A stretch of DNA of 36,925 nucleotides from an uncultured Methylobacteriaceae bacterium (GCA_937872715.1 CALMTJ010000472.1:1-36925), one strand, 5' to 3'; shown: positions 26,364 to 35,515, numbered from the stretch's first letter. Notes: generated by a model from the sequence alone, not told the origin. Made by a program: numbers and translations.

Positions 26364-26491
26364 GGGCAGGACGACACCATGGGGCGGTGAACCCGCCCCA
26401 TATGCCGTGTCAGGGTCCCGTCACGACGTAGGCGATCTTCAGGACCGCACGGTACGGTCATGCGGAAGCTTCCCGGGAAGGAGCCGAGTCC

Positions 26492-26568
26492 TGGTCGGAG
26501 TGGCAGGATTTGAACCTGCGACCCCCACGTCCCGAACGTGGTGCGCTACCAGACTGCGCTACACTCCG
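26492..26568 (-). tRNA. tRNA-Pro (anticodon CGG)
   Basis: CGGAGTGTAGCGCAGTCTGGTAGCGCACCACGTTCGGGACGTGGGGGTCGCAGGTTCAAATCCTGCCACTCCGACCA: 77 nt cloverleaf with GTTCAAAT T-loop and encoded CCA. Confidence 0.97.
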
Positions 26569-27605
26569 ACTGAGGAAGGCGACGCTATAGCGGCCCCCCC
26601 CGCCGGCCGCAAGGCGCTATCGGTATCGAGGTCTCCCGCGTCGTCGAGGAAGCGTTCCGCGTAATGGCAGGCGACGAGGCGCGACGCGAGCGGACGCAGG
26701 GGCGGCCGGTCCGTCCGGCAGAAGTCCGTCGCGTGCGGGCAGCGGGTCGAGAACACGCAGCCTGCGGGCGGGTTCAGCGGGGAGGGAAGCTCTCCCCGGA
26801 GACGGATGCGGGGACGGCCGGGGCCGAGCCCCGGCGTCGAGGCGAGCAGCGCCTGCGTGTAGGGATGCAGCGGCCGCGCGAAGATGCGCTCCTTCGGGCC
26901 GTGCTCGACGGCGAGGCCGAGATACATCACGAGCACGTCGTGAGCGATGTGCCGCACCACCCCGAGATCGTGGGAGATGAACAGGTAGGCGAGGCCGAGG
27001 TCGCGCTGGAGGTCGGCCAGGAGGTTGAGCACCTGGGCCTGGATCGACACGTCGAGCGCCGAGACCGGCTCGTCCGCGACGACGAGCTTCGGCGACAGCA
27101 TGAGGGCGCGGGCGATCGCGATGCGCTGGCGCTGGCCGCCGGAGAACATGTGCGGATAGCGGTCGGCATATTCGGGCCGGAGCCCGACCCGCGCCATCAT
27201 GGCCCGCGCACGCTCGGTCCGCTCGGCGGCCGGCAGGTCCGTGTTGATGGCGAGCGGCGCCTCCAGGATGGCGCCCACCGTCTTGCGCGGGTTGAGGGAC
27301 CCGTACGGGTTCTGGAAGACGAGCTGCACCGCCCGGCGCAGCCGCGTCCGCTCGGACGGCGCCGGCCGGACGGCGTCCATCCCGTCCAGCGTGAGGGCTC
27401 CCGATTTCGGCGGCTCGATCAGCGTCACCATGCGGGCGAGGGTCGACTTCCCGCAGCCCGATTCGCCGACCACCGCCAGTGTGCGGCCGGGTTCGATCGC
27501 GAAGGAGATGCCGGACACGGCCCGGAGCCGGCCCGGCTCGCGGAAGAGGCCGCGCCCGACCTCGTAGACCTGGACGAGGTCGCGCGCGGCGACGACAGGG
27601 CTCAC
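26559..27605 (-). CDS. dppF: Dipeptide ABC transporter ATP-binding subunit
   Basis: GESGCGKST, VFQNPYGSLNPR, FSGGQRQRIAIARAL, DEPVSALD, HPYTQALL and a C-terminal GCVFSTRCP...ACH domain. Confidence 0.92.
   Translation of the reverse strand: MSPVVAARDLVQVYEVGRGLFREPGRLRAVSGISFAIEPGRTLAVVGESGCGKSTLARMVTLIEPPKSGALTLDGMDAVRPAPSERTRLRRAVQLVFQNPYGSLNPRKTVGAILEAPLAINTDLPAAERTERARAMMARVGLRPEYADRYPHMFSGGQRQRIAIARALMLSPKLVVADEPVSALDVSIQAQVLNLLADLQRDLGLAYLFISHDLGVVRHIAHDVLVMYLGLAVEHGPKERIFARPLHPYTQALLASTPGLGPGRPRIRLRGELPSPLNPPAGCVFSTRCPHATDFCRTDRPPLRPLASRLVACHYAERFLDDAGDLDTDSALRPAGGAAIASPSSVGV
26584..26612 (-). promoter_or_regulatory. Sigma70-type promoter for tRNA-Pro, embedded in the dppF 3' end
   Basis: TTGCGG-N17-TATAGC on the minus strand, ending 15 nt upstream of the mature tRNA. 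Confidence 0.6.
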
Positions 27606-28627
27606 GCGACCTCCTCACAGGCCGCGCCCGTCGGGCCGTCGCCCGCGATGCGGGCGGCGCGCGACGGGTCGCCGAGCGGGGAGTGGGCGCGCCCGAGACC
27701 ATCCTCCCACGGCGTCAGCTCTGGCCCGACCCGGCGGGAATGGTCCGTCGCGTAGGCGCATCGCGGCGAGAAGAGGCAGCCGGCCGGCCGGTCCGACAGG
27801 CCCGGCACCACGCCCGGGATGGTGGCGAGGCGCGTCCCGCCCGCGCTCGCCTCGGGGCGGGCCGCCAGCAGCGCCGCCGTGTAGGGGTGCTGAGGCGAGG
27901 CGAAGAGGGAGGCCGCCGGCCGCTCCTCCACGACCTGCCCGGCATACATCACGGCGACCCGGTCGGCCGTGTCCTCGACCACGCCCATGTTGTGGGTGAT
28001 GAGCACGACCGCCATGCCGCGCTCGCGCCGGAGATCCGCGATGAGGTCGAGGATCTGCGCCTGAACGGTGACGTCCAGCGCCGTCGTCGGCTCGTCCGCG
28101 ATGAGGAGGCGCGGGTTGCAGGCGATCGCCATCGCGATCATCACCCGCTGGTTCATGCCGCCCGAGAGCTGGTGCGGAAAGGCTCCGAGCCGGCTCTCCG
28201 GCGCCGGGATGCCGACCTGGTCGAGCAGGGCGACCGCGCGGCGCCGCGCGGCTTTGCCGTCCATCCGCTCGTGCAGCCGCAGCACCTCCGCGAGCTGGAA
28301 GCCGACCGTGAAGCACGGGTTCAGACTGGTGGTCGGCTCCTGGAAGATCATCGCGACATCGCGGCCCGCGATGGCCCGCCGCTCGCGAGGCGGCATGGTC
28401 AGGAGGTCGCGCCCCGCGAAGGCGAGGCGCCCCGACCGGACGATCCCGGGCGCGCCGACGAGGCCCATCACGGCCATCATGGTGACGCTCTTGCCCGAGC
28501 CGGATTCGCCCACGACGCCCAGGAACTCGCCTTCCCGGACCGTCAGGCTGACATCGTCGACCGCCCGCAGGGTCCCGGCCGACGTCGGGAAGGTGACGGA
28601 AAGGTTGCGGATGTCGAGGAGCGGCAT
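27602..28627 (-). CDS. dppD: Dipeptide ABC transporter ATP-binding subunit
   Basis: GESGSGKS, SLNPCFTVGFQ, LSGGMNQRVMIAMA, DEPTTALD and GCLFSPRC. Confidence 0.92.
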   Translation of the reverse strand: MPLLDIRNLSVTFPTSAGTLRAVDDVSLTVREGEFLGVVGESGSGKSVTMMAVMGLVGAPGIVRSGRLAFAGRDLLTMPPRERRAIAGRDVAMIFQEPTTSLNPCFTVGFQLAEVLRLHERMDGKAARRRAVALLDQVGIPAPESRLGAFPHQLSGGMNQRVMIAMAIACNPRLLIADEPTTALDVTVQAQILDLIADLRRERGMAVVLITHNMGVVEDTADRVAVMYAGQVVEERPAASLFASPQHPYTAALLAARPEASAGGTRLATIPGVVPGLSDRPAGCLFSPRCAYATDHSRRVGPELTPWEDGLGRAHSPLGDPSRAARIAGDGPTGAACEEVA

Positions 28628-28667
28628 CAGATGTGATACCGTCTGCCGCCAAGGTGGAAGGACGTAT

Positions 28668-29279
28668 TCATGGGTTGGATCTGGAAGCCTCGTCCGGCAC
28701 CGCCGCCCCGTCCCGCCCCGCGCCCGATCTCAGGCCCGACGAACCCTCGGCCGATATATTGAGCGCACGCCCGATCGCCTCCGCCGCTTGCGCCGCCAAA
28801 GTATCGGCAAAGATCAGCAGGTCGACGTAGTCGCGGTACAGAGTGGCCTTCTTCACATCATCCAGGGTGTAAAATCGGTCGCTTCGCAGGTCGTCGACGA
28901 GGAGGGCTATGGCGCTGAGCTGTCGATAGTACAGCACGACGGGGTCGATGACCGGCTCTGGAAGCATGTGGATGTCCGACAGCACGGCATTCAGGATGAG
29001 AGGCGGCGTCGGCCGAGTGACGAACAGATCCTGCCCAGGCCGCTCGTCGAGAGCTCGGTCGATGGTGGCGCGAAGGTCGAGAAGGCTGCTCGGCCTGTGT
29101 CGGCTAGCCCTGATCTCTGCGAGCAACGCGGTTTGCATGTCAGCCGTCCGCGCCCGGCGTTGCGCCGCCTCCCGCCGGCTCGCCTGCCGTTCCGAGACGA
29201 ACCAGCCGATCCCGGTCACCAGGGCGGAGATGACGGCCGCCACGATCGCGGGGCCGATCCACGTCGCGGCGCCGCTCAC
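28668..29279 (-). CDS. Hypothetical single-pass membrane protein between dppC and dppD
   Basis: GTG start overlaps the dppC stop (GTGA). 203 aa with N-terminal TM WIGPAIVAAVISALVTGIGWFV, then a charged helical domain. It fills the gap between dppC and dppD almost exactly. Confidence 0.75.
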   Translation of the reverse strand: MSGAATWIGPAIVAAVISALVTGIGWFVSERQASRREAAQRRARTADMQTALLAEIRASRHRPSSLLDLRATIDRALDERPGQDLFVTRPTPPLILNAVLSDIHMLPEPVIDPVVLYYRQLSAIALLVDDLRSDRFYTLDDVKKATLYRDYVDLLIFADTLAAQAAEAIGRALNISAEGSSGLRSGAGRDGAAVPDEASRSNP

Positions 29280-30190
29280 CGTTTCAGCTTCGGGTCGAGC
29301 GCGTCCCGGAGGCCGTCGCCGACGAGGTTGAAGGCCAGCACCACGGCGAGGATCATCAGGCCCGGGAAGGTGACGACCCACCAGGCCCGGAGCACGAATT
29401 CGCGCGCATCGGCCAGCATGGTGCCCCATTCGGGCGAGGGCGGCTGGGCGCCGAGACCGAGGAAGCCCAGAGCCGCCGCGTCCAGGATCGCGGTGGAGAT
29501 CCCGAGCGAGGCCTGCACGATCAGGGGCGCGGCGCAGTTCGGCAGGATCTCGGACACCATGAGCCGGAGCGGGCCGGCGCCGGCGATCCGGGATGCGGTG
29601 ACGTAGTCGCGGCCCCGCTCCGACATGACGGCCGCGCGCGTCAGCCGGACGTAATGCGGCAGGAGCACGGCCGCGACCGCCAGCATCGCGTTCATCAGCC
29701 CGGGGCCGAGGATCGCCACCACCACGATGGCGAGGAGGAGGCTCGGCAAGGTGAGCAGGATGTCCATGGCCCGCATGACGAGCACGTCCGTGACGCCGCC
29801 GACGAAGCCCGAGACGAGCCCGAGCGCGACGCCGACGCTCGCCGACAAAGCCACCACGGCGATCCCGATCGACAAGGAGAGCCGGGCGCCGTGGATGAGC
29901 CGGGACAGCATGTCCCGGCCGATCGCGTCCGTGCCGAGCAGGAACGCCGTCGAGCCGCCCTCCTGCCAGGCCGGCGGCCGCAGGAAAGCGGCGGAGTTCG
30001 TCAGGTTCGGGCCGTAGGGCGCCACCGCGTCCGCCACGGCGGCCAGGCCGATCACGGCCACGATGAGCGCCAGACCCAGGAGCGCGCCGCGATTCTAGGC
30101 GAAGTCGCCCCACAGCTCGCGCCAGCGGCCCGGAGGCGCCGCCGCATCGGGCGTCTCGACGGGCGTAGTGCCGAGAATCTAGGCGCTCAC
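29276..30190 (-). pseudogene. dppC: Dipeptide ABC transporter permease DppC with two in-frame TAG codons near the 5' end (pseudogene or sequencing artefact)
   Basis: GTG 30190 overlaps the dppB stop and reads MSA*ILG...WRELWGDFA*NRGALLGL in frame with LLGTDAIGRDMLSRL and LGFLGLGAQPPSPEWG. TAGs are at 30181-30179 and 30097-30095. Confidence 0.75.
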
Positions 30191-31197
30191 CGCCCGTGCC
30201 GGATGCGGGGGTTGATCAGCCCGTAGGCGAGGTCCACCCCGAGATTCACGGCCATCACGACGGCGCCGATCAGCAGGATGCCGCCCTGCAGGACCGGGTA
30301 GTCGCGCCGGCCGATGGCCTCGATCAGCCACTTGCCGATCCCCGGCCAAGAGAAGATCGTCTCCGTCAGGATGGCGCCCGTGAACAGGATTCCGACCTGG
30401 AGCCCGATCACGGTGACGACCGGGATCAGGGCGTTCCTGAGCGCGTGCAGCCCGACGACCCTGAGCGGCGGCAGCCCCTTGGCCCGGGCGGTCCGGATGT
30501 AATCCTCGCCCATCACCTCCAGCATGGCCGAGCGGGTCATGCGGGCGATCACGGCGAGCGGCACGGTGCCGAGCACGACCGCCGGCAGGACGAGGTGCGA
30601 GAGCGCGCTCCGGAACGCGTCCCGGTCGCCGGCCAGCAGGGTGTCGACGAGCAGGAAGCCGGTCACCGGCTCGACGAAGAACTGGACGGAGATGCGGCCG
30701 GAGACCGGCGTCCAGCCGAGCTGGACGGAGAACAGGAGGATGAGGAGCAATCCCCACCAGAAGATCGGCATGGAATAGCCGGTGAGCGAGATCCCCATCA
30801 CGCCCTGGTCCAGGATCGTGTTCCGCCGGATGGCGGCCACGATCCCGGCCGGCAGCCCGAGAAGCAGCGCGAACAGGATGGCGGCGACCCCGAGCTCGAC
30901 GGTTGCCGGGAACAGCGTCAGGAACTCGCTCCCGACCGGCTCGCTGGTCGAGATCGACCGGCCGAGATCGCCGTGAAGCAACCGCTCGAGGTAGACGCCG
31001 TACTGGACGTAGAGCGGCCGGTCGAAACCGTAGGCCTTGCGCAGGGCCTCGTGCCGGGCGGGATCGATGCCGCGCTCGCCCGCCATGGTCTCGATCGGGT
31101 CGCCCGGCACGAGCCGGATGAGGAAGAAGGCCAGGACCGTGATCCCGACCAGCGTCGGGACGATCAGGGTCAGGCGCGTGAGGGCGAAACGCAGCAT
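30187..31197 (-). CDS. dppB: Dipeptide ABC transporter permease
   Basis: LVPGDP, FPATVEL, YSMPIFWWG, RMTRSAMLEV, DYIRTARAKGL, ETIFSWPGIG and INPRIR. Confidence 0.94.
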   Translation of the reverse strand: MLRFALTRLTLIVPTLVGITVLAFFLIRLVPGDPIETMAGERGIDPARHEALRKAYGFDRPLYVQYGVYLERLLHGDLGRSISTSEPVGSEFLTLFPATVELGVAAILFALLLGLPAGIVAAIRRNTILDQGVMGISLTGYSMPIFWWGLLLILLFSVQLGWTPVSGRISVQFFVEPVTGFLLVDTLLAGDRDAFRSALSHLVLPAVVLGTVPLAVIARMTRSAMLEVMGEDYIRTARAKGLPPLRVVGLHALRNALIPVVTVIGLQVGILFTGAILTETIFSWPGIGKWLIEAIGRRDYPVLQGGILLIGAVVMAVNLGVDLAYGLINPRIRHGR

Positions 31198-31245
31198 CCT
31201 GGCCGCGAGGCTACACGCGGCCGGAGCGCCTGGGAACGGCGGCCC

Positions 31246-32622
31246 TCAGATGTCGGCCGCGTGCGCGGCCGCCAGGGCGCCCTCCCGCGAATGGGCGCCG
31301 AGCCCGTTGAAGGCGACGTTCAGGAGCACCGCCACGATGGAGGCGAGCAGGATGCCGGAATCGAGGAGCGGCAGCAGCACCTCGGGCATCTTCTTGAAGA
31401 AGGCGGGCGCGACGAGCGGGATCAGCCCGAATCCGATCGAGATCGCCACGATGAAGAGGTTGTTGCGGTTCCGGGCGAAATCGACGGCCGCCAGGATGCG
31501 GACGCCCGTGGCCGCCACCATTCCGAACATGACGAGGCCGGCCCCGCCCAGCACGTGCTGGGGCACCGCCTCGACGAGCGCCGCGAGCTTCGGGATGAGG
31601 CCGAGGACCAGCATGATGGCGCCGCCCGCCACGGTGACGTAGCGGGAGCGCACGCCCGTCACGCCGACGAGCCCCACATTCTGGGAGAAGGACGTGTACG
31701 GGAAGGTGTTGAAGACGCCGCCGATGAGGGTGCCGAGCCCGTCCGCCCGGAGGCCGCGCGTCAGGTCGGCGCCTTCCACCCTCCGGCCGGTGATCTCGCC
31801 CAGCGCCAGGAACATGCCGGTCGATTCGATCATCACGACGATCATGACGATGCACATCGTCGCGCAGGCGACCGGGTCGAAGGTCGGCCAGCCGAACTGG
31901 AAGGGGTAGACGAGATCGAACCAGGGGGCGGCCGCGACCTTGGCGAAGCTGACTTGGCCCAGCGCGATCACGAGGAGCATGCCGGCCACGATGCCGAGCA
32001 GCACGGACACGTTGGCGACGAAGCCGCTCGTGAAGCGGGTGAGCGCCAGGATCACGGCGAGCACGAAGAGGGCGACCGCGAGATATCCGGGATCGCCGAA
32101 ATTCGGGTTGCCGAAGCCGCCGCCGGCCCAGCCGACGCCGACCCGCATCAGCGTCACGCCGATCACCAGGATCACCGTGCCGGTCACGACCGGCGGGAAG
32201 AGCGGCAGCAGCCGGCCGACGAAGGGCGCGACCCCGAGGCCGAACAGCCCGGCGACGATCACGGCGCCGTAGATGCCGAGGAGCCCGACCGCCGGCGTCG
32301 CGCCCATGGCCAGCATCGGGGTCACCGACGCGAAGGTGACGCCCATCATCACGGGGAGCCGGATGCCGATGCCCGGGATCCCGTAGGATTGGATCAGCGT
32401 CGCGATCCCGCAGGCGAACAGGTCGGCGCTGATGAGGAGCGCCACCTGCTCGGGCGGGAGGCGCAGCGCTCGCCCGACGATCAGCGGCACCGCGACGGCG
32501 CCCGCATACATCACCAGCACGTGCTGGAGCCCGAGCGTCAGGAGCGCGGGCGCCGCCGGGACCTCGTCGACGGCGCGGACGGAGATGTCCGTGGAAAACG
32601 CGGCTGCCGGGCTCGGGACCAT
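31246..32622 (-). CDS. NCS2/NAT nucleobase:cation symporter (xanthine/uric acid permease-like)
   Basis: LGLQHVLVMYAGAV, RLPVMMGVTFA, FPPVVTG, MIESTG and the NAT signature SFSQNVGLVGVTGVRSR. Confidence 0.92.
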   Translation of the reverse strand: MVPSPAAAFSTDISVRAVDEVPAAPALLTLGLQHVLVMYAGAVAVPLIVGRALRLPPEQVALLISADLFACGIATLIQSYGIPGIGIRLPVMMGVTFASVTPMLAMGATPAVGLLGIYGAVIVAGLFGLGVAPFVGRLLPLFPPVVTGTVILVIGVTLMRVGVGWAGGGFGNPNFGDPGYLAVALFVLAVILALTRFTSGFVANVSVLLGIVAGMLLVIALGQVSFAKVAAAPWFDLVYPFQFGWPTFDPVACATMCIVMIVVMIESTGMFLALGEITGRRVEGADLTRGLRADGLGTLIGGVFNTFPYTSFSQNVGLVGVTGVRSRYVTVAGGAIMLVLGLIPKLAALVEAVPQHVLGGAGLVMFGMVAATGVRILAAVDFARNRNNLFIVAISIGFGLIPLVAPAFFKKMPEVLLPLLDSGILLASIVAVLLNVAFNGLGAHSREGALAAAHAADI

Positions 32623-32706
32623 CTCTCGCCTTCCAGTCATACCGCGGGACGGCGGTCCGGAACGTCGAGGCAATCGCCGTGCCGGAGCACGCCTCGGCGG
32701 GGTATG

Positions 32707-32726
32707 GCGGCCGCGTAGGCGGCCGC
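32707..32726. other. Short perfect stem-loop immediately after dppA
   Basis: GCGGCCGC-GTAG-GCGGCCGC at the dppA stop. This is a typical position for an element stabilising the binding-protein mRNA. Confidence 0.4.
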
Positions 32727-34336
32727 TACTTCAGGTCGACGCCGTAGAAGGTGTGCCGCCCGAAGGGCGACAGCTTGAAATCCACCACCTCCTTGCGGAC
32801 GGGCTTCAGCTGCACGGCATGCGCGATGGTGAACCAGGGCGCCTCGCGCTTGAACACCACCTGGGCCTGCCCGTAGAGCTTGGCGCGCTCGCCCTGGTCC
32901 GACACGGCCTTGGCCTTCACGACGAGGTCGTCGAACTCCTTGTTGCACCATTTGGCCGTGTTGCCGCCGCCGGGCTGGGCCGCGGAACAGCCGAGCAGCG
33001 TGTTCAGGAAGTTGTCGGGGTCGCCGTTGTCGCCCGTCCAGCCGAGCATGCCGGTCTGGTGTTCGCCGTTCTGCAGGCGCTTCCTGTACTCGCCCCATTC
33101 GAAGCTCTTGATCTCGGCCTTGACGCCGATCTTGGCGAGGTCGGCCTGCATCAGCTCGGCGATGCGGCGGGCGTTCGGGTTGTAGGGCCGCTGCACCGGC
33201 ATGGCCCAGAGGTCCGTCTCGAACCCGTTCGGGAAGCCGGCTTCCGCCAGCATCTTCTTGGCCGCCGCCGGATCGAACGGGTCGTCCTTCACCTCCTTGT
33301 TGTAGGACCACATGGAGGGCGGGATCGGGTTCGTGGCCGCGATGCCTGTCGTGAGGTACACGGCGTCCAGGATCGCCTTCTTGTCGATCGCCATGTTGAG
33401 AGCCTTGCGGACGCGCACGTCGTCGAACGGCTTCTTCTGCGTGTTGTAGGCGAGATAGCCGATGTTGAGACCGGGCTGCTCCAGCACGGTCACGTTCGCG
33501 TCCTTGCGGATGGCGTCGAGATCGGCCGGGTTCGGGTACGGCATCACGTGGCACTCGCCCTTCTGGAGCTTGGCCCAGCGGACGGAGGCGTCCGGCGTGA
33601 TGGAGAAGACGAGGTCGTCGATCTTGGCCTTCCCGCCCCAGAACTCGGGGAAGGCCTTGTAACGGATCACCGCGTCCTTCTGGTACTGGACGAGGTAGAA
33701 CGGGCCGGTGCCGATCGGCTCCTGGTCAAGCTTCTCGGGCGTGCCGGCCTTCAGCATCGCGTCGGCATATTCCTTCGACTGGATGCCGGCATATTCCATG
33801 GCGAAATCGGACAGGAACGGCGCCTCGGCCGAGTTCAGCGTCATCCGGATCGTGTGATCGTCCACCTTCTCGACCGATTTGAGCAGCTTCGGCATGCCCA
33901 TGTCGTTGAAATAGGTGTGGTTGGAGCTCGTGACCTTGAAGAAGGGATGCTCCTCCTTCCATTGCCGCTCGACCGCGAAGAGGACGTCGTCCGCGTTGAA
34001 GTCGCGGCTGGGCTTGAAGGCCCGGTTCGAGTGCCACTTCACGCCGCGGCGGAGATGGAACAGGTAGGTTTTGCCGTCGTCCGAGATCTCCCAGCGCTCC
34101 GCCAGCCCCGGCACGACGTTGGTGGTGCCGCGCTCGAAATCGACGAGCCGGCCGTAGATCTGGCTGTTGGCATCGAAGGACGTGCCCGTCGTGTTGACCG
34201 CCGGGTAGAAGTTCTCCGGGCTGCCTTCCGAGCAATAGACGAGCGTCTTCGCGGCGGCCGGCGAGGCGAGGGCGGCGGCGCCCGCCAGGGCCAGCACGGC
34301 GAGGGAAGCGGACCGGAAACGGGCAGGGCGTGTCAT
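32726..34336 (-). CDS. dppA: Dipeptide ABC transporter periplasmic binding protein
   Basis: Signal peptide, KTLVYCSEGSPE, FHLRRGVKWH, PIGTGPF, WAMPVQRPYNPN, GWTGDNGDPDNF and WFTIAH. Confidence 0.95.
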   Translation of the reverse strand: MTRPARFRSASLAVLALAGAAALASPAAAKTLVYCSEGSPENFYPAVNTTGTSFDANSQIYGRLVDFERGTTNVVPGLAERWEISDDGKTYLFHLRRGVKWHSNRAFKPSRDFNADDVLFAVERQWKEEHPFFKVTSSNHTYFNDMGMPKLLKSVEKVDDHTIRMTLNSAEAPFLSDFAMEYAGIQSKEYADAMLKAGTPEKLDQEPIGTGPFYLVQYQKDAVIRYKAFPEFWGGKAKIDDLVFSITPDASVRWAKLQKGECHVMPYPNPADLDAIRKDANVTVLEQPGLNIGYLAYNTQKKPFDDVRVRKALNMAIDKKAILDAVYLTTGIAATNPIPPSMWSYNKEVKDDPFDPAAAKKMLAEAGFPNGFETDLWAMPVQRPYNPNARRIAELMQADLAKIGVKAEIKSFEWGEYRKRLQNGEHQTGMLGWTGDNGDPDNFLNTLLGCSAAQPGGGNTAKWCNKEFDDLVVKAKAVSDQGERAKLYGQAQVVFKREAPWFTIAHAVQLKPVRKEVVDFKLSPFGRHTFYGVDLK

Positions 34337-34434
34337 GGAAACTCCCGCGACGGCCTTCGCGGCCGTTCATCGCCCCGAAGGCTAAGGGCCGCCGTTCCGG
34401 AGTGCAAACGAGGGCGTCCTCGCGCCAGGGCGCG

Positions 34435-35037
34435 TCAGCCGGCCGCCGCCGCGATGTCGCGGGTCACGCGGCGCGTCGCCTCAGCCGAAGCGGCTACGAC
34501 CAGGATCGCGGAAAGGTTTCCGCCGGCCGGCCGCACCAGGACGGTCCCGAACGCCGCGCCCGTTCCGTCCGTCCGCGCCATGCGGAGCGCGAAGCCGCGC
34601 CACCCGTTCTCGCGGATCCGCTCGGCCGAGACGATCGTCCCGGCCGCCGGGCTCTTGCCGGAACGGCCGCCCCGAAGGGCGCGGACGAGCCCCTCGGGAT
34701 CGTCCGCGATCCGGGCCAGCCGGGCCGCGTCCGGCCCCCTCGCCAGGAACAGGCCCGCCGCGAGCGCGGGCTCGCAGCCCGGGGCGAGGCAGGCCGCGAT
34801 GCCGCGCGCCTCGATCCCGCCTTCCGTCACCCAGAGCCCGACCGGGAAGGAGGTGTAGGAGCCGGCCGGCAGGCCCGGGACCGTGGGCGGGAAGACGATC
34901 CCGCTCACGAGCGCCATGTCGAGGCAACCCCCGAGCGCCGCCGCACCGAACCCCGCCAGGAGGCCGGCCGCGAGCCAACGCGCCCGCCCGGCCCCCGGCC
35001 GGGCGCCGAAGGACGAAGCCGACTCCAACTCACTCAT
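34435..35037 (-). CDS. Hypothetical protein, possible lipoprotein
   Basis: 200 aa with a basic then hydrophobic N-region ending in the lipobox-like LGG|C. No family recognised. Confidence 0.55.
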   Translation of the reverse strand: MSELESASSFGARPGAGRARWLAAGLLAGFGAAALGGCLDMALVSGIVFPPTVPGLPAGSYTSFPVGLWVTEGGIEARGIAACLAPGCEPALAAGLFLARGPDAARLARIADDPEGLVRALRGGRSGKSPAAGTIVSAERIRENGWRGFALRMARTDGTGAAFGTVLVRPAGGNLSAILVVAASAEATRRVTRDIAAAAG

Positions 35038-35146
35038 GGGCCGTTGTAGCGCATATGCCCGGCTTACGCGCGATCCCGGTCGGCAACTTGGCCCGGTCCG
35101 CCTGCCGGGTCAGGCCGCCGGAACGCCCCGGCGGCCAGCGATCGAC

Positions 35147-35515
35147 TCAGTCGATGACGTCGACGACCGCCCGGGTGTTCGGATCCACCAGCACCACGCC
35201 GCTGCCGCTGCGGAAGTACCGGTAGGAGCGGGCGGTCGGGACGGTGCCGTACACGTCGTCGTCGAACGGCGACAGCTCCACCGTGCCCGGCACCACGTAG
35301 CCGCGCCGCACGGGCTCGGCCAGCGTCACCGGGGCGCCGGGGCGCCGCGAGACGTAGCCGCGCAGGTAGGTGCGCTGCTCGGGCGCGATCTCGCCGGGGG
35401 CTCCCGCCTGGCCGGGGCCGCCCGCCCTGGTCCCGGACGGTTGCAGGCCCTGCGCCAGCGCCGGGAGGGTGAACAAGGTCGCGGCCGCCAGCGCGGCCGG
35501 AAATATGCGTCTCAT
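35147..35515 (-). CDS. DUF1236-like exported protein
   Basis: Signal peptide MRRIFPAALAAATLFTLPALA, then GYVVPGTVEL and YRYF...VVLVDPNTRAVVDVID, typical of DUF1236. Confidence 0.8.
   Translation of the reverse strand: MRRIFPAALAAATLFTLPALAQGLQPSGTRAGGPGQAGAPGEIAPEQRTYLRGYVSRRPGAPVTLAEPVRRGYVVPGTVELSPFDDDVYGTVPTARSYRYFRSGSGVVLVDPNTRAVVDVID

Noticed and set aside
26492-26568. tRNA-Pro as an integration site for a genomic island
   Set aside because: No integrase nearby, and by eye I found no duplicate of the tRNA 3' end in the window.
28668-30113. 481-aa ORF spanning dppC and the downstream gap
   Set aside because: The first roughly 280 codons are an off-frame reading of dppC. Only the part from GTG 29279 looks like a protein.
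18684-32728. Genome-wide reassignment of TAG to explain the dppC stops
   Set aside because: fzlA, dppA and the CitE-like gene end at TAG exactly where their families end, so TAG is a normal stop here.
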